This document shows positions 1 through 9,238 of a DNA stretch of 57,308 nt, one piece after another. The notes beneath the pieces are model-generated. The model was given only the letters and a program-made list of their open reading frames with translations. It had not been told where the DNA came from and did not search any database. The number at the start of each line of letters is the position of its first letter. Position 1 is the stretch's first letter. The DNA lies in the IMG/VR virus record IMGVR_UViG_2886837984_000001, positions 64,001 through 121,308 of that record; one strand, written 5' to 3'. The position numbers and the translations under genes are program-made. Origin of the DNA: a virus. Lineage: Duplodnaviria; Heunggongvirae; Uroviricota; Caudoviricetes.

Positions 1-2
1 TG

Positions 3-170
3 AGCGATATCAATGTGTCTGACGAATTCTATATTTCAAAGTTCTCTAGTGACAAACGTAAGACAGTAAAACTTACGGCTAAAGATAACTTTGGATATCG
101 AGGTAAATTCAGCTTTGATCTTGAGACGGATAGCGATCGGTTTGATGTAAACGACCTAGTCTCTCATAAC
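3..170 (+). mobile_element. C-terminal end of an intein in NrdD (5' part outside window)
   Basis: Translation ...FSFDLETDSDRFDVNDLVSHN|CRTR shows intein blocks F/G ending in His-Asn followed by Cys(+1). The frame is open to the window edge. Confidence 0.85.
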
Positions 171-1109
171 TGCCGTACTAGAACACTTGAAAATGTAAAT
201 GGTGAAGCTCGCGCAATCGGACGAGGGAATCTCTCATTCACTTCGATCAACCTACCGTTGCTTGCCTTAGAGTCAGAGAACTTTGATGAATTTATCGATA
301 ACGTCGAGACTTTTACAACAATCGCTTGCGAACAATTGCATGACCGCTATCGGTATCAAATCAAACGATCTCCCGAAAACTTTGGGTTTATCTATGACCA
401 ACAGACGATGGTTGGTGCTGAGGACGTAAAAGAGAGCCGAAATCTCGAAGACGCCTTAAAACATGGGACTCTGAGTGTCGGGTTCGTCGGACTGGCAGAG
501 GCGATGATGAGACTCTTTGGCAAACATCACGCCCAGGACGAAGAGGTGTTAGAAAAAGCACTACATACGATCGAAGTGATGAAATCGGTCACAGACAAAT
601 ATCGCGAAGCGTTATCGCTTAACTATGCGGTGATCGCCACCCCTGCCGAATCATTCGCCGGGAAAGCGCTCAAGAAGACGGTCGCCCTACACGGTGTCGT
701 AGAGGGCGTGACAGATCGCGACTACTTCACGAACTCGTTCCACATCCCGGTGTGGCACAGCATCCCGTACCGCAAGAAGTTAGAGGTCGAAGGAAAGTTC
801 CATGAGCTCTGTTTGGCCGGACACATCTCCTATGTCGAGATCGGAGAAATGCCTTCAGGAAATATCGAGGCGATGAAAGATATCGTATACTGTATGGCCG
901 AGAACAACATCGGATACGGCGCGATCAACATCCCTGTGGACAAATGTAATGAATGTCGTCTCACGACAACTATCTACGACGAGTGTCCGAAGTGCGGAAG
1001 CAAGGACATCAAGCGCATTCGGCGCATCACAGGGTATCTTGTGGGCGACATGGGACGTTGGAACGGTGGTAAGGAAGCCGAGGAGCGTGATCGAGTGAAA
1101 CATGTATGA
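3..1109 (+). CDS. nrdD: Anaerobic (class III) ribonucleoside-triphosphate reductase, C-terminal part, 5'-truncated
   Basis: CRTR...GRGNLSFTSINLP, ATPAES, CxxC...CPxCGS Zn site and RITGYL glycyl-radical motif. Confidence 0.95.
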   Translation, partial: SDINVSDEFYISKFSSDKRKTVKLTAKDNFGYRGKFSFDLETDSDRFDVNDLVSHNCRTRTLENVNGEARAIGRGNLSFTSINLPLLALESENFDEFIDNVETFTTIACEQLHDRYRYQIKRSPENFGFIYDQQTMVGAEDVKESRNLEDALKHGTLSVGFVGLAEAMMRLFGKHHAQDEEVLEKALHTIEVMKSVTDKYREALSLNYAVIATPAESFAGKALKKTVALHGVVEGVTDRDYFTNSFHIPVWHSIPYRKKLEVEGKFHELCLAGHISYVEIGEMPSGNIEAMKDIVYCMAENNIGYGAINIPVDKCNECRLTTTIYDECPKCGSKDIKRIRRITGYLVGDMGRWNGGKEAEERDRVKHV

Positions 1110-1579
1110 GAATCATGGACATCAAATTTGATTCCGTCGCTGACGGGGAAGGGGTTCGTTCTGTCGTGTTCACGGCAGGATGTCCTCATTTCTGTCGGGG
1201 GTGTCATAATCCGAAGTCGTGGAACATCAATAACGGCGAGGAGATGGATATTAACGAAATCGTCGAGAGACTTGAATACGCCGGACACAAAAAGGTGACG
1301 ATATCGGGCGGAGACCCATTCTTTCAATCGAACGCACTCTCAGGACTGGTCAAAGAGTTGAGGGAGCGAGACTACGATATATGGGTGTACACGGGGTATA
1401 CGTTCGACGAGTTGAAGAATATGGGGTCTCAGGACGTCGATTCTATCCTAGCTTCCATCAATGCGCTCGTGGACGGACGCTTCGTAGAAAGTCTGAAATG
1501 CCCGTTGATTCAGTACAGAGGAAGTTCTAATCAAAAAATCTTGCATCTAAAGGACGGATTAATATGCAAAACGAGCTAA
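1106..1579 (+). CDS. nrdG: Anaerobic RNR activating enzyme (radical SAM)
   Basis: GCPHFCRGCHN CxxxCxxC motif, SGGDPF, YRGSSNQ. Overlaps the nrdD stop. Confidence 0.95.
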   Translation: MRIMDIKFDSVADGEGVRSVVFTAGCPHFCRGCHNPKSWNINNGEEMDINEIVERLEYAGHKKVTISGGDPFFQSNALSGLVKELRERDYDIWVYTGYTFDELKNMGSQDVDSILASINALVDGRFVESLKCPLIQYRGSSNQKILHLKDGLICKTS

Positions 1580-2055
1580 AATTCACACACGATGGCGTCC
1601 AACAGACGTTGAAGCTAGGTGGACGCTTCGAGATCGACGGAGAAGCAGCGGTGATCGTAGAGTTCTTCAAAGACTTGAAGAAACGACGTGTCGAGGTGTT
1701 GACCGAGGTTGTTGACGAAGACGGGTTTACGTTCGTCCAGAAAAGCTTCGAACCGCACGAGTTTGCCGGTTTCAAGCGGATCAAGGTGGTTCCGGCGCAT
1801 ATCCACGAGGAAGCGGTGGCAGCCATCTGGCGAGCGAAACTATTACACGCAGAAGAGGAGTTGGCTGAGGCTGAATACGACTCGTCTTCTGCTAGTTCCA
1901 GAAAAGCATATGATTCTTTATTGAAATCAAAAAATAAAGCATTATATGAGACGTATTCTTTGGTTAATTTTGAAGAAAATAAAGGCGAAGTGATCGTTTA
2001 CGGCAACGGATACAAACGAGAGTTAGTCGTTTTGGTTGATCTTAAAAACACATAA
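1564..2055 (+). CDS. Hypothetical protein
   Basis: 163-aa ORF with upstream AAGGA, coupled to nrdG. Confidence 0.7.
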   Translation: MQNELKFTHDGVQQTLKLGGRFEIDGEAAVIVEFFKDLKKRRVEVLTEVVDEDGFTFVQKSFEPHEFAGFKRIKVVPAHIHEEAVAAIWRAKLLHAEEELAEAEYDSSSASSRKAYDSLLKSKNKALYETYSLVNFEENKGEVIVYGNGYKRELVVLVDLKNT

Positions 2056-2075
2056 AACAAAAGCGAGGGAACAAA

Positions 2076-3281
2076 ATGAATATTGTTGATCTATATAACG
2101 AGCAAGTTCAACCGCATTTCACAGAAGAAGAACGTATGTATAAGGGCGGAAAGTTGAAGATGAAGAAGATGTGGCATCAGACTCGCGCCGAGAAAGACGT
2201 AAGATATGCTCACTATCGATCTCACAAAGAAGTAGATATCTTTACTAAAGAGCGTTGGGCGATCGATTTGATCAAAATGTCTATCCAACGATCAAAGAAG
2301 CCGGTCGTATCTTGTAGCTTCGGGATCGACTCGATGATGGTGTTATACCTCACTCGAAAAGCGCTTATTGAACTAGGCAGAGAACCTAACGAGGTTGAAG
2401 TTGTTTGGAACAACACGCTTAATGAGTTTCCAGAGGTTCGCGCATTTGCAGAAACGATGATTGAGGCTTGGGATTTAAACATCACGATCACAAAGCCCAA
2501 AAAGCCTCTTAAGAAAATCATCGACGACAATGGCGGTATTGATTCTTCGTATTTTACCGCCCGGAAGGGATCTCGAAAAGAAGGAATGCCGTTGAGCGAA
2601 CGTTGTTGCAACACGTTGAAGCATGAACCGATGAAACGAGCAACAAAAGAGAACAATTGGGATCTAATCATGGTAGGGTTGCGAGCAGACGAATCGAACC
2701 AACGTAAGTTAGCATCGTTGCGAGACGGAGAATACTTCTACTCGAGCGGTACATGGAATGGAACGATGATGTTGCGTCCTATCCTTTGGATGACAGATGA
2801 TGATATTTGGGATTACGTAAAACATTACGATGTTCCGCATGTAGGCTTGTATCACAATAACTTAATCCAAAAATATCCTACCGATATTACGAAGACGGTA
2901 ATGTTCCAGAAGAAGATTAAGGAAGTTGGGATCGATTACGATAAACTGATGGATCAGCAGATCCAAACAGTAAACCGGGAACAAGCTAACGTTCTATCTA
3001 AGCTTGGCTACAAAGTATTCACCCCTCGCGTTGGCTGCCAGATGTGTCCGATTCCGGTTAAATACGGATATCTTCAGTGGATGCGTACATACTACCCACG
3101 TACATATAGCGCAATGGTTCATAATCTAGGATATGGGAAAGCGTTGCTAGATATGATTCCTGACGACGTAAAGAACGAGATCCTAGAATTTACGGGTGTC
3201 GATATCGACGCCGAAAATGCTCACGAACACCTAAAGGAAATTCTGGAAGCTAAACCATGCGTGTTCGACTCGTTCAAATAA
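2076..3281 (+). CDS. PAPS/APS-reductase-family (PP-loop) protein with probable Fe-S ligands
   Basis: SCSFGIDS (PP-loop-like), RCCNTLKHEP, GLRADES..R, RPIL.MT..DIW.Y, RVGCQMCP. RBS GAGGGA. Confidence 0.85.
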   Translation: MNIVDLYNEQVQPHFTEEERMYKGGKLKMKKMWHQTRAEKDVRYAHYRSHKEVDIFTKERWAIDLIKMSIQRSKKPVVSCSFGIDSMMVLYLTRKALIELGREPNEVEVVWNNTLNEFPEVRAFAETMIEAWDLNITITKPKKPLKKIIDDNGGIDSSYFTARKGSRKEGMPLSERCCNTLKHEPMKRATKENNWDLIMVGLRADESNQRKLASLRDGEYFYSSGTWNGTMMLRPILWMTDDDIWDYVKHYDVPHVGLYHNNLIQKYPTDITKTVMFQKKIKEVGIDYDKLMDQQIQTVNREQANVLSKLGYKVFTPRVGCQMCPIPVKYGYLQWMRTYYPRTYSAMVHNLGYGKALLDMIPDDVKNEILEFTGVDIDAENAHEHLKEILEAKPCVFDSFK

Positions 3282-3324
3282 TACATAATCAGACGGGGAG
3301 AAATCCTCGTCTAAATTTTAGGAG

Positions 3325-3708
3325 ATGATTTTTATGGAAACGGTAAAAAAAGAGTTCTACATGGGGTATATCACATGGGTAGCGCAGCAATACAATGATC
3401 ATAGTATCCATGTGAGCGAAAAACACGCGAAGACATATCGTGGAGAAGCAGGAAACGAGCGTCTGGTGGCAGAATCCAGTTCGATTCTCGATACATACAA
3501 GATCAACAAGGTAGACAAAGAGGAGTACGAGCGCTCTTACCATCACTTTCTGGAGATCGATGTGAAGAAGAATTTCTCTGACAAAGAGGTTTATCCGGTC
3601 ATGAACTATCTTTGGTCTTATTTCCAAGAACAAGGGCATGTAAAGACGGACTGGCTGGTGTCGAACAAGGACGGATTGCTCAACATATTGAGCCTTAAAA
3701 ATGTCTAA
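3325..3708 (+). CDS. Hypothetical protein
   Basis: 127-aa ORF, RBS AGGAG. Confidence 0.7.
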   Translation: MIFMETVKKEFYMGYITWVAQQYNDHSIHVSEKHAKTYRGEAGNERLVAESSSILDTYKINKVDKEEYERSYHHFLEIDVKKNFSDKEVYPVMNYLWSYFQEQGHVKTDWLVSNKDGLLNILSLKNV

Positions 3709-3756
3709 ATCAAAAAGTATTTATCTATTTACTTTTTGATTTCGGTTCGGTATAAT
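3707..3756 (+). promoter_or_regulatory. 13-bp inverted repeat (operator-like) overlapping a sigmaA-type promoter
   Basis: AAATCAAAAAGTA (3707-3719)-N10-TACTTTTTGATTT (3730-3742). TTTACT(3728)-17-TATAAT(3751). Confidence 0.6.
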
Positions 3757-3787
3757 GAAGATACGAGTTAAGAAAGGTGGAATTTAT

Positions 3788-4063
3788 ATGAAGATACACG
3801 AAGAAGAGAAGGTTGATCTTCAGCAAAAGGTTCTCGAACACCACATGGGGTTGGCGAACAAGAAGTCTGAAGCAGAAAAGACGCAGAAACTCCGTACACA
3901 CAACAAGATCCGTCGTGTCGGTGAGCGTGTGAACACGTTGGCCGAACTATCGATGCTCGAGAAGAGCGGTGAGAACCTGGCGACGATGTGGTCGCTGCTC
4001 GACATGATCGAGGAAGAGTTAGATATCGTCGAGGTAGAAGTCAAGCGGATGTATCTGCAATGA
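3788..4063 (+). CDS. Hypothetical coiled-coil protein
   Basis: ORF 3755-4063. The ATG at 3788 has the RBS AAAGGTGG. Confidence 0.65.
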   Translation: MKIHEEEKVDLQQKVLEHHMGLANKKSEAEKTQKLRTHNKIRRVGERVNTLAELSMLEKSGENLATMWSLLDMIEEELDIVEVEVKRMYLQ

Positions 4064-4160
4064 ACTCCATCTAAATAAAAAAGTATATAATTAAATAATT
4101 ACATAGTTTCGGCCGAAATATCCAAGAAAACGACTATTTTATTAGGAGGGATAAAGAGCG

Positions 4161-4586
4161 ATGATATTAAACACACAAAACAAGATAAAGAAGATGCGAG
4201 CTTCTTACTTTTATCAAGAAAATGGCGAATCGAAATTCAATCATATTGATATTTTGATTCGAGATGCTAAGGACTTAGATTTGAATAAACTTTTTATCGA
4301 TCAGATTGTAAAATCTAAGAGCTTAAAGAGCGAAAAAATCACAATTCGCGAAATACGAGAACTCTATTTGCATACCTCTGAAAACCCAACGCTTTACGTG
4401 TCTTACGAGGATCATCGCTCAATTATCGCTAAATCAGAATACGATATCAAAAATAGTATTCCAGGACGACGTTACACGAAACAAAAAGATAACGAGGGTG
4501 AATATGTCGTTATTGAGCATATTCGAGTTAAAAATGTGTCGAAAATTAAATCTACAAAAGAAGACTGGATCTATGACAACGTATAA
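4161..4586 (+). CDS. Hypothetical protein
   Basis: 141-aa ORF, RBS AGGAGG. Confidence 0.7.
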   Translation: MILNTQNKIKKMRASYFYQENGESKFNHIDILIRDAKDLDLNKLFIDQIVKSKSLKSEKITIREIRELYLHTSENPTLYVSYEDHRSIIAKSEYDIKNSIPGRRYTKQKDNEGEYVVIEHIRVKNVSKIKSTKEDWIYDNV

Positions 4587-4749
4587 AAAGACGAACACTG
4601 AGTCGGAAGACGTTGTGACGCTCCGTAGAATTTACGGTAATGCCACGACACGCAAAGCTTTCCTAGAGTTAGAACGACTGAAGTTCGTTGCGAATGACTA
4701 TGTAAAGATTAAGGAGATGATCGATGATGGAAAACGAAATCGTAGTTGA
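4573..4749 (+). CDS. Small hypothetical protein
   Basis: In-frame ATG at 4573 of ORF 4498-4749, overlapping both neighbours. Confidence 0.5.
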   Translation: MTTYKKTNTESEDVVTLRRIYGNATTRKAFLELERLKFVANDYVKIKEMIDDGKRNRS

Positions 4750-5092
4750 ATATCTGAATGCGAATGGTGTTCCTGGAACGGAAAGATTTAAAGCGTGGGA
4801 TAAGAGTGGCAGCTTCACATTGTTGTACAACGATGTCTCAAAAGACAGCTTGCGCCTTATGATTCCTACTCAAAACATTCTCAGCTTACGAGTTATTCGT
4901 CCAGAGGATCGCGCCGAAGAGGAACGAGATTTTGTTGAGAAGTATGTCGATCAAATCTGTGATTCGGGAGCCGCAATCGTAGAAGGGTATCTCGTTAATA
5001 GAGTTACAGATTTCTTAGACAAGATCTGTAAAAAGTACGAAACCGAAAATCTAACGTCCGGCTACTTTCGAGTTTCGCTGATCAAAGGGTAA
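4724..5092 (+). CDS. Hypothetical protein
   Basis: 122-aa ORF, RBS AAGGAG. Confidence 0.7.
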   Translation: MMENEIVVEYLNANGVPGTERFKAWDKSGSFTLLYNDVSKDSLRLMIPTQNILSLRVIRPEDRAEEERDFVEKYVDQICDSGAAIVEGYLVNRVTDFLDKICKKYETENLTSGYFRVSLIKG

Positions 5093-5124
5093 TCAAAGAT
5101 AAATTTTATAGGGGAGTGGATGAA

Positions 5125-5331
5125 ATGAAAAAATTATCCGAACTGCATGAAGATACTTTTTTGTACAACGAAAATTCGGGTCGTGTGTTAACTGCCGGGA
5201 TTTTGATTGATGAAATCGAAGCTGGGCAATCTTTCGAGGGTGTGCATCACACAGTGCGTATTAACCGTTATAAAGGGGCGGACGAAATTATATTTTTGGA
5301 AGAAGTCGAAATCGATGTAATCAACCAATAA
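5125..5331 (+). CDS. Small hypothetical protein
   Basis: RBS AGGGGAG 8 nt upstream of ATG 5125. Confidence 0.6.
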   Translation: MKKLSELHEDTFLYNENSGRVLTAGILIDEIEAGQSFEGVHHTVRINRYKGADEIIFLEEVEIDVINQ

Positions 5332-5356
5332 AATTATGAATTTAAAGGAGAATCAG

Positions 5357-5578
5357 ATGGGCAACAATACAAAAACAATCAAGATTGGATGCGGTAGCTT
5401 TTGCATCCCACTTGCCATCCTGTTCATTATCCTAAAGGTTGAGAACGTGATCGAATGGAGTTGGGTGTGGGTGTTATCTCCGCTATGGATTCCTTGGGCG
5501 GTATTCGCTCTAGCAGCAATTTTTACACTAGGGTTTATGCTATTAGTCGTTATCCTTAAAGCTGTAACAGGTCGTTAA
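5357..5578 (+). CDS. Small phage membrane protein (two TM helices)
   Basis: Hydrophobic LAILFIILK...IEWSWVWVLSPLW pattern common in phage membrane proteins. RBS AAGGAG. Confidence 0.7.
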   Translation: MGNNTKTIKIGCGSFCIPLAILFIILKVENVIEWSWVWVLSPLWIPWAVFALAAIFTLGFMLLVVILKAVTGR

Positions 5579-5607
5579 AAGTCTAATTTTATTAGGGAGT
5601 GAATAGA

Positions 5608-5850
5608 ATGGGGAAATATACGAAGAAACCGATCGCGGTTGAAGCAACTCAATACAAACCAGGCATGGAAGATGGGTTTGACAAGGTTTTTGACGAAGAC
5701 CAGAATCATCCAATCAGACCGTTTATCCACACTCTTGAAGGTCGTTTGTTTTTCGACACAGACGCCTATATCGTGACTGGCGTCAAAGGCGAACGTTACG
5801 CAGTTCGTAAGGATATATTTGAAGAAACTTATGAAAAATCAAGCTCTTAA
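5608..5850 (+). CDS. Conserved small phage protein (PGDYG-like family)
   Basis: KKPIAVEA...IHTLEG...YIVTGVKGERYAVRKDIFEETYE pattern. Confidence 0.7.
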   Translation: MGKYTKKPIAVEATQYKPGMEDGFDKVFDEDQNHPIRPFIHTLEGRLFFDTDAYIVTGVKGERYAVRKDIFEETYEKSSS

Positions 5851-5895
5851 AAGGACAGTTTTATAACCTACAAAAGCGCGGTTTTATGAGGAGGA

Positions 5896-6132
5896 ATGAT
5901 GAAGATGGAACTAAGAGTAAGCTACTTACGGGCGGTGCATCAGTACGGATTTCGATGGGGTAAAGAGAATCCTCAGATTGTAAATGTCATGTGGGATAAA
6001 GATCGAGAACGATCTGTTCTTCAATTGTTATTTACAAGCGACTTTCAGGTGGATTTTGTGCCAATGCTATCTGTGATCAACGGAGACTTCGTAATCACGT
6101 CCAGCAAAGAACCTTGGCCGTCAACAAACTAA
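5896..6132 (+). CDS. Hypothetical protein
   Basis: 78-aa ORF, RBS GAGGAGG. Confidence 0.65.
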   Translation: MMKMELRVSYLRAVHQYGFRWGKENPQIVNVMWDKDRERSVLQLLFTSDFQVDFVPMLSVINGDFVITSSKEPWPSTN

Positions 6133-6162
6133 TCAATTTACATACAGAGAGGCAGTATTAAA

Positions 6163-6288
6163 ATGTTAAATCATGATTCAATTAAAAAAGTATACATAGA
6201 CAATAAGCCGCGGATCAAAGAAATCATGAAAGAGATTCGTAGCGAGCTTGAACAGAAAGAGCGTGACGTAAACGCTCTTTTCCGGTGA
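6163..6288 (+). CDS. Small hypothetical protein (41 aa, not in ORF track)
   Basis: MLNHDSIKKVYIDNKPRIKEIMKEIRSELEQKERDVNALFR with upstream GAGAGG. Confidence 0.45.
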   Translation: MLNHDSIKKVYIDNKPRIKEIMKEIRSELEQKERDVNALFR

Positions 6289-6358
6289 AAGGGGGGATGC
6301 AAATTGCATGGATAGTACGGTAATTTGTAGACAAAAAACAAACCAGGAGGTGGATTAG

Positions 6359-6986
6359 ATGGGTAGATACGGTGTGATCGCGTGTTATCAGTGCGGAGAA
6401 GATGTTCATATTGAACACAAAATCAGACTTACGGCTCCTTCGATTTGTTGCTCTCGAGAGTGCGCTGCGAAATATAAAAAATCTCAAAGAAAAAACAATA
6501 TGATATGTCCGGTTTGTAGTAAAGAATTTTATTTAAAACAATATTCGGTCAAAAAAAGCCAAACACGACTCCTGCTGTTCGTATGAGTGTATGGGTGAAT
6601 ATCGTAAGAAAGTTTACTACGGAGACAAAAATCCAAACTACGGCAACAGAGGTAGCAAAAACCCAATCTTTAAAGGCGGACGAAAGCGAAACGGCTACAC
6701 TCTGATCTACATGAGGGATAAGCATCCGTTTACGGACTGCAACAATTACGTGTTTGAACATCGATTAGTCGCTGAAAACGAGCTTCCGATGACAGATGAG
6801 CAAAAAGTTGAAATTGACGGCAAATTTTACTTGAAACGAGAATACGATTTCCATCATAAGAATCAGATTAAAGATGATAACAGGTCTGAAAATCTTGAGA
6901 TCGTATCTAGATCAGAACACATGGCCATACATAGCTTTATTAATCGAGGATATACAAGAAATAAACAGATTGGGGAGAAATACAGA
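6359..6986 (+). pseudogene. Free-standing HNH homing endonuclease with Zn-binding N-terminus, frameshifted at A7 (6551-6557) and lacking its own stop (runs into dut)
   Basis: CxxC/CCSxxC repeats. Removing one A joins ...YSVKK to AKHDSCCSYECMGEY. Then YVFEHRLV...FHHKNQIKDDNRSENLEIVSRSEHMAIH (HNH). Confidence 0.8.
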
Positions 6987-7457
6987 ATGAAGAACAAAAA
7001 AGACGGACGAGGATTTGAAGAGGTTGATTTAACGTTTAAAAAGTTTGACTCAGATACAAGCCTTCCAGAACGATCAGACAAAGGTTCTGCGGGGTATGAC
7101 TTCTTTAGCAAAGAAGATTTTCTTCTCAAACCGGGTGAGCAACATGTGTTTTGGAGCGATGTGAAGTCCTATATGGGCGATGGCGAATATTTATCTGTAT
7201 ATCCGCGATCTTCTATGGGTATCAAACACGGAATTGTGCTATCGAATTCGGTAGGTATCATCGATGGGTCGTATTGGAGTAACCCTGCTAACGATGGGAA
7301 TATCGGCATCTGCTTAAAAAACACATCGGATAAGCCGTATCGGATCTCTGTCGGAGACAGAATCGCACAAGGGATTTTCCAAATGTTCTTGACGGTCGAT
7401 GATGACGAACCAATGTACGAGGGTCGGATCGGCGGATTTGGAAGCACAGGAGAGTAA
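6987..7457 (+). CDS. dut: Trimeric dUTPase
   Basis: SAGYDF, PRSSMG, GIIDGSY, GDRIAQGIF, RIGGFGSTG. Internal RBS GGGGAG (6972-6977) before ATG 6987. Confidence 0.93.
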   Translation: MKNKKDGRGFEEVDLTFKKFDSDTSLPERSDKGSAGYDFFSKEDFLLKPGEQHVFWSDVKSYMGDGEYLSVYPRSSMGIKHGIVLSNSVGIIDGSYWSNPANDGNIGICLKNTSDKPYRISVGDRIAQGIFQMFLTVDDDEPMYEGRIGGFGSTGE

Positions 7458-7458
7458 G

Positions 7459-7839
7459 ATGTTAGTCGTCTTTGACTCAAAAACAGGAAACGTCCGACGA
7501 TTCTGTCAGCGATTGAATGGACTCGGTGTCGAAACCGTCCACATCGATGAATATAATACCGAAGACCCCTTCATCCTGATTACATATACGACAAAGTTTG
7601 GACAGACGCCCGAAACGACGGATCGGTTCATGGTTTTACATCACAAGAATTGCAAAGGTGTCGTGTCGAGCGGAAACCGAAATTGGGGAGATTATTATGC
7701 GAAAGCGGCAGACAATCTTTCCTTTGCGTTCGGTATCCCTGTACTACATAAGTTTGAACTCTTTGGATTAAAGAGCGATCTAGAAAAAGTAAAGAAAGAG
7801 GTTGAGAAATTTGCAGACATCCCTCCCGAAGTGGATTGA
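7459..7839 (+). CDS. nrdI: Class Ib RNR flavodoxin NrdI
   Basis: [37 protein letters not shown]. Confidence 0.95.
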   Translation: MLVVFDSKTGNVRRFCQRLNGLGVETVHIDEYNTEDPFILITYTTKFGQTPETTDRFMVLHHKNCKGVVSSGNRNWGDYYAKAADNLSFAFGIPVLHKFELFGLKSDLEKVKKEVEKFADIPPEVD

Positions 7840-8527
7840 ATTGAATAGCGCCATCATCAAACAGGGTGGTGGTTTTGATTTTGAGAAAGACAAAGAGGCC
7901 ACGAAGAGTTACTTCGTCGACTACGTGAACGAGAATACGGTTTTCTTCCACGATCTAAAAGAGAAATTAGAGTACATGGTTGAAAACGAATATTACGAAC
8001 GAGAGTTTTTGGAGAAGTACACATTCACTCAGATCAAGAAGCTGTTTAAGTATGTGTACAGCAAAAAGTTCCGTTTCCAATCGTTTATGTCAGCCTTCAA
8101 GACATACAACAACTATGTATTGAAGACAAATGACGGGAAACGTTTCCTGGAGCGCTACGAAGACCGTGTGTCAATCGTCGCCCTCTATCTGGGTCGAGGT
8201 GATTTCGAACTGGCGATGCGACTGGCCGAGGCGATGATCACGCAGCAACTTCAACCGGCAACGCCTACCTTCTTGAGTGCTGGACGAGCACGTCGAGGAG
8301 AATTGGTAAGTTGCTTCCTGCTCAACGTGAATGACTCGATGAATTCGATCGGCCACAACTTAAACAACGCCTTACAGTTATCGAAACGCGGTGGCGGTGT
8401 AGCAATCGATTTGACGAGTCTTCGAGCTCAAGGTGAGGCGATTAAAGAGATCGAAAACGCAGCGAGCGGTGTAGTTCCTGTCATGAAATTGTTGGAGGAT
8501 TCGTTTTCATATGCAAATCAACTGGGT
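7811..8527 (+). CDS. nrdE: Class Ib RNR alpha subunit, exon 1 of 3 (spliced product about 698 aa)
   Basis: [34 protein letters not shown], ends ...YANQLG. TTG start with RBS GAGGT. Confidence 0.93.
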
Positions 8528-8815
8528 TAATTCGGCTCAGTATAAATGTGGTCAATTGCTGGAACTCCCGAGTATATCCGAGTAGGATACCATCCAGAGA
8601 TGAGATGGCGACCCCTGAAAATCGAGGATTGCGGAAAATCAGCAGCCAAGCTTCTTTATCAGAAGAAGGTTCAACGACTAAGTGATTGTAAGAGCAATCT
8701 TTCAATCCGAACCACACGCAATAGCGAATATATAGTCTGATCCTTATGGCGACATGAGGAGTACGGCAGAAATGACCGTACCGCCAACAATTGTTGGTCT
8801 ACAAGTAACAGAATG
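8528..8815 (+). mobile_element. Group I intron nrdE-I1 (288 nt, no ORF)
   Basis: Exon ends in U and intron ends in G. IGS GCTCAGT (8535-8541) pairs with ACTGGGT. P/Q/R/S: AATTGCTGGAA, AATCAGCAGC, GTTCAACGACT, ATATAGTC. Splicing restores QLG|QRAGSG. Confidence 0.93.
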
Positions 8816-9238
8816 CAACGCGCCGGTAGCGGAGCTGTTTACCTAAATATCTTCCATGCGGATGTTGAAATGTTCCTCAGTACAAAAAAAGTAAACAGCG
8901 ACGAAAAGGTTCGAATTAAAACGCTCTCGCTCGGTCTGATTGCGCCCGATAAGTTCTTCGATCTGGCCGCAAAAGACCAGGATATGTATGTCTTTTATCC
9001 TCATACAGTCTATAAAGAGTACGGTGTGCGTTTAAACGAAATGGATATGACCGAAATGTATGACAAGTTGGTCGAGAACCCGAACGTCCGTAAACGACGT
9101 GTTATTGCTCGAGACTTGCTGAATGAGATTGCTAAGACTCAGATGGAGTCAGGTTATCCGTACATCATGTACATTGACAATGCGAATAAAGACAATCAGT
9201 TAAAGGACATCGGAAAGATTAAGATGTCAAACTTGTGT
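8816..9238 (+). CDS. nrdE: Class Ib RNR alpha subunit, exon 2
   Basis: QRAGSGAVYLNIFH...ESGYPYI...KMSNLC, ending on the thiyl-radical Cys. Confidence 0.93.

Noticed and set aside
2076-3281. Complete dnd/ssp phosphorothioation system
   Set aside because: Only the PAPS-reductase-like gene is present. No cysteine desulfurase, DndD/E or Ssp partners are recognisable in the window.
5723-5731. Perfect DnaA box TTATCCACA
   Set aside because: Single copy inside a coding sequence, consistent with chance.
8546-8740. Small ORFs inside RNR introns (also 11250-11513 and 9299-9541) as endonuclease remnants
   Set aside because: They overlap ribozyme core elements, have no RBS and show no nuclease motifs.
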